Positions 9,158 to 19,938 of a stretch of DNA of 64,000 nt are shown here, piece after piece (the first letter of the stretch is position 1; each line of letters opens with the position of its first letter). Source of the DNA: an uncultured Solirubrobacteraceae bacterium (GTDB lineage Bacteria; Actinomycetota; Thermoleophilia; Solirubrobacterales; Solirubrobacteraceae); assembly GCA_963735705.1 (NCBI GenBank), contig CAVTLZ010000002.1, forward strand, positions 14,455 to 78,454, read 5' to 3'. Below the pieces are notes generated by a model, which was not told the DNA's origin, made no database searches, and saw only the letters and a list, made by a program, of their open reading frames with translations. Position numbers and translations under genes: made by a program.

Positions 9158-9240
9158 CGTACGCGCGCGAGCGCGTACGAAGTCGGCGGTGGGCTCCAGA
9201 GCACACGCGCCCCGCGCTGGAGAATCTATGTTGAACGACG

Positions 9241-10110
9241 ATGCTGCCGTTCTGGATTTCGATCGCCGTGCTGTCGCTGGCCCAGGGCGCGCTGGTGGCG
9301 TTGCCCGGCGCGCTCGCCTGGAGGCTGCCCGCGCACCTGCGCGGCCGGCGCTGGGCGGCGATCCCGCCGCTGTCGGTGCTCGCCTTCGTGTTCGGCGCAC
9401 GAGCGGCCGAACACGCGAGCGCGCAGGCGCTGACGTATCTCGCGCTCGTCGCGGTGCCCGCGCTCGCTGCGCTCGCGCTCGGCCTGCTGCTGTGGAACAG
9501 CGGCCCGCCGGGACGCTCGCGTCTGCTGCGGGCGCTGCTCGTGCTGCCGCTGTTCGCGCTGGCGTGGGCGGACCGCGGCGGTCTGGCGGGCGAGGCGGCG
9601 GCGCTGGCGCTCTCGGCGCTCAGCTGCGCTGCGCTCGGCGTGCTGCTTGCGACGGTCACGCCGCCCCGCTGGCTTGCCGCGGGAATCGTGGCGATGGCGG
9701 TCGCGGACACCGCGCTGGTGGTGTCAGACCTGCTGCAGCGCCCCAATAACGCGCTCAACGCGGCACATCCGGCGGCGGGTCTGCCGCAGCTTCAGAGCGC
9801 GGTGTTCGGCTCCGCGGTGATGGGCTACGGCGACCTGTTCATCGCCGGCGTGCTTGGCGGGCTGCTAGCGGCGACCGTCGGTCGTCCGCTGCAGTTGCGC
9901 GCCGCCGCCCTGACCGCGGTCCTCGCGCTGGGCTTCGACCTGCTGTTCTTCGTGCTCGACGAGCTGCCGGCGACGGTGCCGGTGGCGCTCGCGCTGATCC
10001 TGATCGTGCTCAGGCGCCGCGGGCGATTGGCTCCCGGACGGGGAGCTGCGCAACGTCGCCGGAGCGCGGCGGCGCGGACTCCTCAACCCCGAGCTCCGGC
10101 CGCGCGGTGA
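9241..10110 (+). CDS. Integral membrane protein of unknown function
   Basis: About 8 hydrophobic segments; MGYGDLFIAG resembles the GxGD motif of presenilin/SPP-like proteases (tentative); TATGTT lies 8 nt before the ATG. Confidence 0.7.
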   Translation: MLPFWISIAVLSLAQGALVALPGALAWRLPAHLRGRRWAAIPPLSVLAFVFGARAAEHASAQALTYLALVAVPALAALALGLLLWNSGPPGRSRLLRALLVLPLFALAWADRGGLAGEAAALALSALSCAALGVLLATVTPPRWLAAGIVAMAVADTALVVSDLLQRPNNALNAAHPAAGLPQLQSAVFGSAVMGYGDLFIAGVLGGLLAATVGRPLQLRAAALTAVLALGFDLLFFVLDELPATVPVALALILIVLRRRGRLAPGRGAAQRRRSAAARTPQPRAPAAR

Positions 10111-11239
10111 TCGCTCGGGCCGTGATCTCGACGGCATCCGGCGCCCGCACCTTGCGTTCGGAGGCCGCGCCCGCCTGCTCGATCTTGCGGACCTGAGGGA
10201 TCACGCGGTGCTCGAAGGAGCCGATCGCCTCGTTGTAGGCGCCAACGGCTGAGTCGAGCTGGCGCCCGACCTTGGCGAACGGTTCGACGAAGCGGCCCAG
10301 GCGGCTGTGCAGCTCGCGCGCGGACTCCGCGATCTCGCGCGCTGACTCCGCGATCAGCTCTTGGCGCCAGCCGTAGTGGACCGCCCACAACAGGCCGATC
10401 AGCGTCGTCGGGGTGGCCATCAGGACCTGCTGCTGGACGCCGTATTCGATCAGCGCCGGGTCCTGGGCTAGGGCGGCCTGGTAGATGCCGTCGGAGGGCA
10501 CGAACATGACGACGAACTCCGGCGTGGAGTCGAACTGGCGCTGGTAGCCCTTGGAGGCGAGCTTGGCGATGTGCTCACGCGTCTGGCGCGCGTGGCGCGC
10601 GGTGTGCAGCTCGCGCTCGTCCTCGCCTGCGGCCTCGAGCGCGGACAGGTAGGCGTCGAGCGGGACCTTGGAGTCGACGACGACCACCTTGCCGCCGGGC
10701 AGGCGCACGAGCATGTCCGGGCGCAGCGTGCCCTCGCCGGTCTGGATCGTGCTCTGCTCGACGAAGTCGCAGTGCGAGACCATCCCCGCCATCTCGACCA
10801 CGTTGCGAAGCTGGATCTCGCCCCACGAGCCGCGCGTGGCGGGGCGCTTGAGCGCCGAGACGAGGTTGCCGGTCTCCTGGCGCAGCGTGCCGACCCCGTC
10901 GCCGAGGTGGCGGATCATCTGCGCCAGCTCGCCCTGGGCCTGCCTGCGCTCGCGCTCCAGGCGGCCGATCTCGCTCTCCATCCTGCCGAGCTTCTCCTGC
11001 ACCGGCGCGATCACGCCCTTGATCTCCTCCGCGCGTCTGGCCATCTCGCCGCTGGCGCGCTCCTCCTCTGCGCGGCGTGCCTCGGTCACGCGCTGCGCCA
11101 GCGACTCGCCGGTCTGGGCGAGCACGTCAACGGAGATGGCCTTCAGCTCGTCGCGCATGCGCGCGCGATTCGGGCGCACGAGCAGGGCGGCGCAGGCCGC
11201 CCCGAGAAGCACTCCGGCGATGAGTAGCACGATGTCCAT
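10010..11239 (-). CDS. rmuC: DNA recombination protein RmuC
   Basis: RGSWGEIQL, LRPDMLVRLPGGKVVVVDSKVPL, PEFVVMFVPSD, TPTTLIGLL; SD GGAAGG before ATG 11239. Confidence 0.93.
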   Translation of the reverse strand: MDIVLLIAGVLLGAACAALLVRPNRARMRDELKAISVDVLAQTGESLAQRVTEARRAEEERASGEMARRAEEIKGVIAPVQEKLGRMESEIGRLERERRQAQGELAQMIRHLGDGVGTLRQETGNLVSALKRPATRGSWGEIQLRNVVEMAGMVSHCDFVEQSTIQTGEGTLRPDMLVRLPGGKVVVVDSKVPLDAYLSALEAAGEDERELHTARHARQTREHIAKLASKGYQRQFDSTPEFVVMFVPSDGIYQAALAQDPALIEYGVQQQVLMATPTTLIGLLWAVHYGWRQELIAESAREIAESARELHSRLGRFVEPFAKVGRQLDSAVGAYNEAIGSFEHRVIPQVRKIEQAGAASERKVRAPDAVEITARAITARPELGVEESAPPRSGDVAQLPVREPIARGA

Positions 11240-11355
11240 GGGTTCGTCCTTCCGACGGCGATTCGAAATCGAACGAACAAGGATGACGCCGGCAGCGGAC
11301 GGCACAGGCACGGGTTCTGGGGGCTTGATCTTTACGTCACTCTTACACACCCGGC

Positions 11356-11384
11356 TTGACATAACTGACACCCCCGACTATGCT
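11356..11384 (+). promoter_or_regulatory. Housekeeping sigma-A type promoter
   Basis: TTGACA-N17-TATGCT upstream of the SGNH gene. Confidence 0.75.
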
Positions 11385-11498
11385 CATGGCAACCTCCCTG
11401 AGCTGTAGCTTGGGGAGGTCTGCATTGAGGGATCGGAATCTATATAGAGGGGCTGTGCCTGCGGGCCAGGCCCGCACGTACATATTGGAGGATGTGAG

Positions 11499-12653
11499 AT
11501 GTCAGCCACGAATGGCTCGACTGCTTCGTTCCGACGACTGGTCGGATGCTGCATGGCGCTCGCGCTGCTGGTTTCAGCGATGCTCGCGTCGACCGTCTCG
11601 AACGCGTCTGCCGCGCCAGTGCTCAAACCGACGGCCTACGTGGCGATCGGCGACTCGCTCGCGTTCGGTTACAAAGAGGCGACGTTCTATGCCAACCAGG
11701 CCGCGAACAAAACGGCTTGTGAAAAATTCGAACAGGCCGCGTGTGAGCCCGCTTCGTCCTTCGAACCGGGATACGTCGGCGACTTCGCCAAGAAACTGGC
11801 GAAAGTGGAAAAGAAAGCCGGCAACGGCCTCGCGACGTTCAACCTGGGCTGCCCCGGTGAGACGAGCGGCGGCGTGATCGGCAACGGCCCGCTGGGCACA
11901 GGGCTTGAAGAACTGCGTGCCGCCAAATCGGAAGGCGCGCTGCACGTGTCGGCGGCCTGTGGTTACACGTACACCGATGGCTTCCCGCTGAAGACGAACC
12001 TGGAGGGTGCGTCGGAGCTCGAATACGCCGTCGGCCTGCTGCTGCACGGTGTGAACATCACGGCTGTGACGATCAACATCGGCTCCAACGACGAGCTCGC
12101 GAGCGTCGCTCAGTGCGAGAACCCGGCGTATGACGCGGAACAGGGCTACTCGAGCTTCGTGCAGTGCCTCGAGACCGAAGCCAGCGAAGCCGGTCACGAG
12201 TACCCGGGTGGTCTGTTCACCCACATCCTGACCAACATCGGCGTCGACATCGGCGTGCTGCGCGAATACGGGTACAAAGGCCAGGTCGTCGTGCTCGGCT
12301 TCTACAACCCGCAGGCGCTGGTGCTTGCCGGCAGCGACGAACTTCAGGAGGCGCTCAACGCGCACCTCGAAGGCGCGGTCGCCGGGAAAGCGTATGGCCC
12401 AGGTGTGGTCGTCGCCAACCCGTTCGACAAGTTCAACTTCACGCCTGGCAAGTCGGCCAAAAAACAGCAGGAAAACCTCGAAAAGTACACCGAATACTTC
12501 AACGCATCGGACAAAAAAATCAACCTCGAAAAAACGGTCGGCCACGCAGTGACCGCGGAAGAAGCGGCGCTTGACCCCGAAGGTGACATCCACCCGACGG
12601 CGGCCGGTTACCAGGAGATGGGCAACCTGGTCTGGAAGGCCTTCGGCAAGTAG
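11499..12653 (+). CDS. Secreted SGNH/GDSL hydrolase
   Basis: Signal peptide ending ASA; blocks GDSL, NLGCPG, IGSND, DIHP; several Cys pairs. Confidence 0.88.
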   Translation: MSATNGSTASFRRLVGCCMALALLVSAMLASTVSNASAAPVLKPTAYVAIGDSLAFGYKEATFYANQAANKTACEKFEQAACEPASSFEPGYVGDFAKKLAKVEKKAGNGLATFNLGCPGETSGGVIGNGPLGTGLEELRAAKSEGALHVSAACGYTYTDGFPLKTNLEGASELEYAVGLLLHGVNITAVTINIGSNDELASVAQCENPAYDAEQGYSSFVQCLETEASEAGHEYPGGLFTHILTNIGVDIGVLREYGYKGQVVVLGFYNPQALVLAGSDELQEALNAHLEGAVAGKAYGPGVVVANPFDKFNFTPGKSAKKQQENLEKYTEYFNASDKKINLEKTVGHAVTAEEAALDPEGDIHPTAAGYQEMGNLVWKAFGK

Positions 12654-12662
12654 TCCGAAAGG

Positions 12663-13619
12663 CTAAGAGGTAGTTGCTCGGGGGCGCTCGGCCAAGTCGG
12701 CCGGGCGCCCCCTTTGCTTCTCATACTGGCGGGCGGCCGCTTCGAGGATTCCCAGCATCGCGGGCGCCGCAGCCACCATGCGGGCTCCCTCCGGCGTGGC
12801 GGCGATCACCTGGCGCAGCGGCGGCGCGGGGGAGAGGGCACGGATGGCGACGTCCTCGCGCACCACCGACAGCGCCAGCTCGGGGATCAGCGCGACGCCG
12901 ACGCCGGCGGCCACGAGGCCCTGGACGGTCTGGTAGTCGTCGCTCTCGAACGCCACGTTGGGCTCGAAGCCGGCCGCGTGGCAGCTGCGCACGACGTGGC
13001 GCGCGCAGGGGCTCGAGCTCGAGGTCTGCACCCAGGCTTCGCTTGCGAGGTCCTGCAGGCGCAGACGCTCCTTGGCCGCGAGCGGGTGCGCGCGTGGCAG
13101 CGCCAGGTACATCGGGTCCTCGAGCAGGTCGGTGCGCACGATGTCCTGCGCCGGCAGGGCCTCTCCGGCGAACTCGAACAGCAGCGCGAGGTCGAGCTCG
13201 CCGGCGCGCAGGCGCGCCACGATCGCCTCGGGCTCGCCCTCGGCGAGCGTCAGCTCGACCTGCGGGTAGGAGGAGCGGAACTCGGCGATCGCGAGGGGCA
13301 TCAGCGTCGCCCCCGCCGTCGGGAAGGAGGCCACGCGCAGGCGTCCGCCACGCAGCCCGGCGATCGCCGACAGCGACGCCTCGGCGGCGTCCAGGCGCGC
13401 GAGGATGCCCTCGGCGTGGCCCACGAGCGTCTGACCGGCCGCCGTCAGGCTGACGCCGCGGGGATGGCGCTCCAGCAGCGCCGTGCCGGCTTCGGCCTCG
13501 AGCGCGGCGATCTGCTGGGAGACCGCGGACTGCGTGTATGAGAGCGCGGTCGCGGCGGCGGAGAACGAGCCGCGGTAGGCGACCTCCTTGAGCACCTTCA
13601 GACGGACCACGTTCAACAT
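12663..13619 (-). CDS. LysR family transcriptional regulator
   Basis: GSFSAAATALSYTQSAVSQQIAALE HTH; LTAAG; substrate-binding domain with VAAGVGVALIP. Confidence 0.95.
   Translation of the reverse strand: MLNVVRLKVLKEVAYRGSFSAAATALSYTQSAVSQQIAALEAEAGTALLERHPRGVSLTAAGQTLVGHAEGILARLDAAEASLSAIAGLRGGRLRVASFPTAGATLMPLAIAEFRSSYPQVELTLAEGEPEAIVARLRAGELDLALLFEFAGEALPAQDIVRTDLLEDPMYLALPRAHPLAAKERLRLQDLASEAWVQTSSSSPCARHVVRSCHAAGFEPNVAFESDDYQTVQGLVAAGVGVALIPELALSVVREDVAIRALSPAPPLRQVIAATPEGARMVAAAPAMLGILEAAARQYEKQRGRPADLAERPRATTS
12680..12716 (+). terminator. Intrinsic terminator of the SGNH transcript (inside the lysR 3' end)
   Basis: 14-bp stem GGGGGCGCTCGGCC/GGCCGGGCGCCCCC followed by TTTG. Confidence 0.6.
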
Positions 13620-13632
13620 AAGATCAGCTTAT
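13618..13632. promoter_or_regulatory. LysR-type T-N11-A box
   Basis: ATAAG-N5-CTTAT dyad overlapping the lysR start and its TAAGCT -10, divergent from the USP gene. Confidence 0.65.
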
Positions 13633-13751
13633 AGCGTTGATCAACAGAATCACTGGTGCTGATGGCAGGAGGGTGCCAACATGAAACGAAATCGAACATC
13701 GGGAATCCACCTGCCGGCCGTAGCGCCGACCCACACCAAGGAGAGAGTCGA

Positions 13752-14450
13752 ATGTCCAAGATCATCGTTTCCTATGACGGCACCGCCAACGAGGAGGACG
13801 CCATCACCCTCGGCCGCCTGCTCGGCCGCGCCGGCGCGGAGGTGTCGCTCGCATACGTGCGCCACAACCCCGAGACCGACAGCGTGCGCGAGGAGATCGC
13901 GCAGGCTGAGGCCCAGAGCGTGCTCGACCACGGCGTCGAGCTGCTCGGCACGCCCGGCGCCCAGCGCCACGTCGTCACCGACCGCTCGACGCCGCAGGGG
14001 CTTGCCTCGCTCGCCGAGCGCGAGGGGGCCGACGTGATCGTGTTCTGCTCGGACTCGCACACCGCCAAGGGGCACGTCGCGGTAGGCAACTCCGCCGAGC
14101 GTCTGCTCGAGGGCGGGCGCACCGCGATCGCGATCGCGCCCGTGGACCTCTCTGAGCGGGTCGAGAGCTCGGGCATCCAGCGGATCGTCGCGGTCGGCGA
14201 CGGCGACGGCGGTGCGCGTCAGACCGCCGAGGCGCTCGCGCGGGCGCTCGGGGCGAGCGTCGAGCCTGTCGCCAACGACCAGGCCGACCTGCTCGTGATC
14301 GACTCTCGCGCAAACGCCCCGCAGGGCCAGGTCTCGCTGAGCTCCTCCGCGTCGCACCTGATCGAGACGGCCACCTGCCCGGTGCTCGTCGTGCCTCGTG
14401 GCGTGACGCTGGCGTTCAGCGGCGCGGCCCAGGCCCCGGCGGCCGCCTAG
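13752..14450 (+). CDS. Universal stress protein
   Basis: KIIVSYDG, GNSAERLLEGG, SHLIETATCPVLVVP; SD GGAGAG. Confidence 0.85.
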   Translation: MSKIIVSYDGTANEEDAITLGRLLGRAGAEVSLAYVRHNPETDSVREEIAQAEAQSVLDHGVELLGTPGAQRHVVTDRSTPQGLASLAEREGADVIVFCSDSHTAKGHVAVGNSAERLLEGGRTAIAIAPVDLSERVESSGIQRIVAVGDGDGGARQTAEALARALGASVEPVANDQADLLVIDSRANAPQGQVSLSSSASHLIETATCPVLVVPRGVTLAFSGAAQAPAAA

Positions 14451-14660
14451 CGGCATCTGCGGCGCTTCGCGCGCGTACGCGGCTCTTGGACCTAGCGAAC
14501 GGTCCTACCGCGTGCGCGTGCGAGCGCGTAGCGCGCGAGCGCTGTCATGAAATCCAGCGAGCCGCCCACGAGGTGGCCTGCGGGACCGGTCCACAGCCAT
14601 GCCTCGTAGCGGCGCCGACGTGGAAGGCTTGGTTGGGGCCGCATCGGGCGGCACGGTATC

Positions 14661-16115
14661 GTGGCGGAGGTGCCAGTCGCCCTCAAGACCACCGTCACCG
14701 AGCTCGGGGACTCGCGCGTACGCCTGCAGGTGCAGGTCCCTCCCGGCGAGGTCGAGGGTCGCCTCGAGCGCAAGGCTCAGCAGCTCGGGCGCGACCTGAA
14801 GCTCCCGGGCTTTCGGCGCGGCAAGGTGCCGGCGCCACTGGTGATCCAGCGGATCGGGCGCGAGGTGGTGCTCGAGGAGGCCGTACGCGACACGCTCTCC
14901 AGCTGGTACTCGGATGCGATCGAGAGCGCCGGCATCGTGCCGGTCGGCGACCCGAAGCTCGATCTGGGTGAGCTGCCCTCGCACGGTCAGGCGCTGGAGT
15001 TCTCGATCGAGATCGGCGTGCTCCCGAAGGCCGAGCTCGGCGACTACAAGGGCCTGGAGGTCGGCCGCCGCGAGCCGGAGGTCGCAGACGAGCAGATTCA
15101 GCAGGAGATCGACGCCATGCGCGAGCGCCTGGCGCGGTTGGAGACCGCTGAGCGTCCCGCGGCCGCGGGCGACTTCGTGGTCGTCGACTACGTCGGCTCG
15201 CTCGCGACCGACGCTCCCGACGGCGAGCGCACATGGGAGCCGTTTGCCGGCGGTGAGGGTCGCGACCAGCTCGTCGAGCTCGGCGCCGGCAACCTCATTC
15301 CTGGCTTCGAGGAGGGGCTGCTGGGCGCGGTCGCGGGCGAGACCCGGACCGTCCCGCTCACGTTCCCGGCCGACTACGGCAGCGAGGAGCTGGCGGGGCG
15401 TGAGACGTCATTTGAGATAACCGTCAAGGAGGTCAAGCTCAAGGAGCTCCCGGAGGTGAACGAGGACTTCGCGCTCGACGCCGGCTTCGACGATCTGGAC
15501 GAGCTGCGCGAGGACATTCGCACACGCCTGCTGGAGGTCGACGAGCAGCAGATCAGGGCGGAGTTCCGCCAGGCGGCGCTCGACGCGGCGGTGGCAGCCG
15601 CGAGCGTGGCGGTCACACCCGAGCTCGTCACCGCGCGGGCGCGCGAGATGTGGGAGCGGATGCTGCACTCGCTCTCCCACCGCGGGATCCCGCGCGAGGC
15701 GTACCTGCAGATCTCCGGGCGCGAGGAGGCGGACATCGTCAAGGAGATGGAGCCGGAAGCCGAGCTCGCGCTGCGCCGCGAGGCCGTGATCACGGCGGTC
15801 GTCGTCGCCGAGGGCATCGACCCGTCCGAGGAGGACCTGCTGGCGGCGCTCGCACCGATCGCCGAGCGGGAAGGGATCGAGCCCCAGAAGCTGCTCGAGG
15901 AACTGAGCCGCGGCGGACGTCTGGACGAGGTGCGCGAGGATCTCGCCGCGCGCGAGGCGATCGATCTGATCGCCGCCGCCGCGAAGCCGATCCCGCTCGC
16001 GCAGGCCCAGGCGCGAGAGCAGCTGTGGACGCCCGCGAAGGCCGCCGAGGAAGCGAGCGCAGCGGCCGGCGAGTCTGCGTCCGCGCCGGCGCGACTGTGG
16101 ACCCCCACCGATTGA
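14661..16115 (+). CDS. tig: Trigger factor
   Basis: LPGFRRGKVP signature; FKBP domain with LIPGFEEGLLG and TFPADY; upstream of clpP-clpX. Start may be GTG 14670 (TATCGT 7 nt upstream). Confidence 0.97.
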   Translation: MAEVPVALKTTVTELGDSRVRLQVQVPPGEVEGRLERKAQQLGRDLKLPGFRRGKVPAPLVIQRIGREVVLEEAVRDTLSSWYSDAIESAGIVPVGDPKLDLGELPSHGQALEFSIEIGVLPKAELGDYKGLEVGRREPEVADEQIQQEIDAMRERLARLETAERPAAAGDFVVVDYVGSLATDAPDGERTWEPFAGGEGRDQLVELGAGNLIPGFEEGLLGAVAGETRTVPLTFPADYGSEELAGRETSFEITVKEVKLKELPEVNEDFALDAGFDDLDELREDIRTRLLEVDEQQIRAEFRQAALDAAVAAASVAVTPELVTARAREMWERMLHSLSHRGIPREAYLQISGREEADIVKEMEPEAELALRREAVITAVVVAEGIDPSEEDLLAALAPIAEREGIEPQKLLEELSRGGRLDEVREDLAAREAIDLIAAAAKPIPLAQAQAREQLWTPAKAAEEASAAAGESASAPARLWTPTD

Positions 16116-16196
16116 GGACCGGCCGGCTAGCCTAGTAGAGGAATCTGGCCGGCGAGGCGAAACAAAGGCGAGGACTATGCGCCGGAAGCGAGGACA

Positions 16197-16781
16197 ATGA
16201 GCCCACTAGTACCAATGGTCGTCGAGCAGACCTCACGCGGCGAGCGTGCGTTCGACATCTACAGCCGCCTGCTCAACGAGCGGATCATCTTCCTCGGCAC
16301 GCCCATCGACGATCAGATCGCGAACCTGATCGTCGCCCAGCTGCTGCACCTCGAGTCCGAGGATCCCGAAAAGGATGTCTCGCTCTACATCAACTCACCC
16401 GGCGGCTCGGTGTATGCGGGCCTGGCGATCTACGACACGATGCAGTTCATCAAGCCCGACGTGCAGACGATCTGCGTCGGCATCGCGATGTCGATGGGCG
16501 CGTTGCTGCTGGCCGGCGGGGCGGCGGGCAAGCGCATGGCGCTGCCCAACGCCAAGATCCTGATCCACCAGGTTTCCTCGAGCTTCCAGGGCCAGGCGAC
16601 GGACATCGAGATCCACGCCAAGGAGATCATCGACGTGCGCCGGCGCCTGGATGAGATCATCGCCAAGCACACCGGCAAAGACCTCGAGCAGGTGCGCAAC
16701 GACACCGAGCGCGACTACTTCATGAGCTCGGAGGAGGCCAAGGAGTATGGCATCATCGATCGAGTGATTTCCGAGCATTAG
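16197..16781 (+). CDS. clpP: ATP-dependent Clp protease proteolytic subunit
   Basis: [25 protein letters not shown] (Ser), LIHQ (His), ERDYFM (Asp). Confidence 0.98.
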   Translation: MSPLVPMVVEQTSRGERAFDIYSRLLNERIIFLGTPIDDQIANLIVAQLLHLESEDPEKDVSLYINSPGGSVYAGLAIYDTMQFIKPDVQTICVGIAMSMGALLLAGGAAGKRMALPNAKILIHQVSSSFQGQATDIEIHAKEIIDVRRRLDEIIAKHTGKDLEQVRNDTERDYFMSSEEAKEYGIIDRVISEH

Positions 16782-16826
16782 CTCGGGGACTCACACGGTC
16801 GCCGGCAGCAGGGAGCGTCAAGGGAT

Positions 16827-18107
<1,281 letters not shown>

Positions 18108-18119
18108 CTCGACCCTCGC

Positions 18120-18148
18120 GCGGATGCGCCGCGGCTCGGCGCGTCCGC
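18120..18148 (+). terminator. Hairpin after clpX
   Basis: 11-bp stem GCGGATGCGCC/GGCGCGTCCGC with one G-U pair. Confidence 0.5.
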
Positions 18149-18205
18149 TGCCTGCCTGAGCTTGGCTCGTAGGCCTTCGGAGCGGCGCCACGCTACCATC
18201 GCGAT

Positions 18206-18511
18206 GTGTCCAGGCGCGCCGCCGCCCCCAAGTCAAAGCTCGACCGCATGCGAGACCTGCCATGGGTCGCGATCGTGCAGGTCGGTGTTGTGATCAACCG
18301 ACGCTGGCGCTCCCTGTCGGAGAAGGATCGCGCCCGCCTGGTCCGTCTCCTCCGCGACTCCCAGGGGCGCGCGAGCAATCTCAGCAAGAAGGATCGCGCA
18401 GAGCTGCGCGGACTGGTGGACAAGCTCGACCTCAAGGGCATCGGCAGCGAACTGCTGCCGCTCGCGCGTCGCGGACGGGGCCGGCGCAAGCGCCGTCGCG
18501 CGCACGCGTGA
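18206..18511 (+). CDS. Small basic hypothetical protein
   Basis: TACCAT 6 nt upstream; stop overlaps the folC start (GTGA); internal repeat LS.KDRA.L..L. Confidence 0.75.
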   Translation: MSRRAAAPKSKLDRMRDLPWVAIVQVGVVINRRWRSLSEKDRARLVRLLRDSQGRASNLSKKDRAELRGLVDKLDLKGIGSELLPLARRGRGRRKRRRAHA

Positions 18512-19812
18512 ACTGGACAGAGGCGCAGGCCGAGCGCAAGCTGCGCTCGCTCGAGCTGTTCGGGATGCGCTTCGGCCTGGACAGGATGCGGAGGATGATG
18601 ACCGCGCTCGGCTCGCCCGAGCGGCGCTTCGACGCGATCCACGTCCTCGGCACCAACGGCAAGTCCTCGACCACGCGGATGACGGCGGCGATCCTCGAAG
18701 GCCATGGGCTGCATGTCGCCGCCTACCTCTCCCCACACCTGGTCTCCTACCGCGAGCGCGTCCTGATCGACGGGCGCGAACTGGACACGGAGTCCTTCGC
18801 CGCCGCGATCGCGCGCGCCTCGTGGGCGGCCGAACGCGTGAATCGCACGCTCGCCGAGGACGATCACGTCACCCAGTTCGAACTGCTGACTGCCGCCGCG
18901 CTGTGGGAGATGGCCCGCCAACAGGTGGACGTGGCCGTCGTCGAGGCCGGTCTGGGCGGACACTACGACGCGACCAGCGTGATCGAGTCGCGCGTCACCG
19001 TGCTCACCAACGTCGGGCTCGAGCACACCCGCTGGCTGGGGCCGACGGTCAGGGACATCGCCGAGGAGAAGCTCGCGGTCGTGCAGCCGAGCACGGCGCT
19101 CGTGCTCGGGGAGGACCTCGATCCGGCGGCGCTGGCCGTCGCCGAGCGGGTGGCCGGCGAACGCGACGCGCGGATCGTGCGCCCCGAGAGCGCCGCGTCC
19201 TCGACGGCCGAGCTGCTCGCACGCGGCGGCTTCCAGCGGCGCAACTTCGAGCTCGCGCGCGCCGCCGCCGAGGCCTACCTGCAGGCGGTCGGCATCCCCT
19301 TGCGCGCGGAGGCGGTGGCGCGAGCCGCCGCGTCGACCGAGGTCCGCGGACGCCTGCAGCTGCTCGAGGGCCACCCGCCGACGGTGCTCGATGGCGCGCA
19401 CAACCCAGCCGCCGTCGCGGCGCTGGTCGAGTCGCTGCCCGAAGTATTTGATGCCCGCCCACCCACGCCGCTGGCGCTGGTGCTCGGTGTGCTCGAGGAC
19501 AAGGACGCCGCCGGCATGCTCGCCGCGCTGCTGCCGCTCGTCGAGCGGGCGTGGTTCACCGCGCCGCCCAGCAGCCGCGCGCTGTCGCCCGCCGCGCTGC
19601 AGTCGCTCGCACGCCAGCTCGGCTTCGAGGCGACCGCGTGCGAGCCCAAGCCGGCGCGCGCGCTCGAAGCGGCACGGCGCTGGGCCGCCGAGCGCGTGGG
19701 CGGCGTGCTGGCGACCGGATCGGTGTATCTCGTCGGCGATCTGCTCGGCCAGCTCGAGGGCTCCGACGGCGTGGCGCTGGGGGCGGCCGGTCGCGGGAGC
19801 TCGGCCAGATGA
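18508..19812 (+). CDS. folC: Folylpolyglutamate synthase/dihydrofolate synthase
   Basis: HVLGTNGKSST, SPHLVSYRER, VEAGLGG..DAT, VLDGAHNP. Confidence 0.95.
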   Translation: MNWTEAQAERKLRSLELFGMRFGLDRMRRMMTALGSPERRFDAIHVLGTNGKSSTTRMTAAILEGHGLHVAAYLSPHLVSYRERVLIDGRELDTESFAAAIARASWAAERVNRTLAEDDHVTQFELLTAAALWEMARQQVDVAVVEAGLGGHYDATSVIESRVTVLTNVGLEHTRWLGPTVRDIAEEKLAVVQPSTALVLGEDLDPAALAVAERVAGERDARIVRPESAASSTAELLARGGFQRRNFELARAAAEAYLQAVGIPLRAEAVARAAASTEVRGRLQLLEGHPPTVLDGAHNPAAVAALVESLPEVFDARPPTPLALVLGVLEDKDAAGMLAALLPLVERAWFTAPPSSRALSPAALQSLARQLGFEATACEPKPARALEAARRWAAERVGGVLATGSVYLVGDLLGQLEGSDGVALGAAGRGSSAR

Positions 19813-19925
19813 ACGACGACGGCCCGTCGGTGCTCACGATGATCGGCGCGGTCGCGCTGATCGTCGCGCTCGTGATACTCGTATTTTTCGCTGCAGGCTA
19901 TGGCTTCGGCCGTCTGTTTCTCTAA
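19809..19925 (+). CDS. 38-aa single-pass membrane protein
   Basis: ATGA overlap with the folC stop; MNDDGPSVLTMIGAVALIVALVILVFFAAGYGFGRLFL. Confidence 0.7.
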   Translation: MNDDGPSVLTMIGAVALIVALVILVFFAAGYGFGRLFL

Positions 19926-19938
19926 ACTCAGCCGGCCG

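Noticed and set aside
9158-9240. M-box or yybP-ykoY riboswitch before the metal transport genes
   Set aside because: The gap is only 83 bp and no consensus elements are visible.
10010-10110. Convergent gene overlaps (also 31290-31330, 39651-39681, 48854-48861)
   Set aside because: Low-complexity read-through tails are common where stop codons are scarce.
11390-11498. c-di-GMP or c-di-AMP riboswitch in the SGNH leader
   Set aside because: Conserved GEMM or ydaO nucleotides were not found by eye.
16180-16191. ClgR-like CGC-N5-GCG site before clpP
   Set aside because: It lies at the ribosome-binding site rather than upstream of a promoter, and the motif is too common at this GC content.
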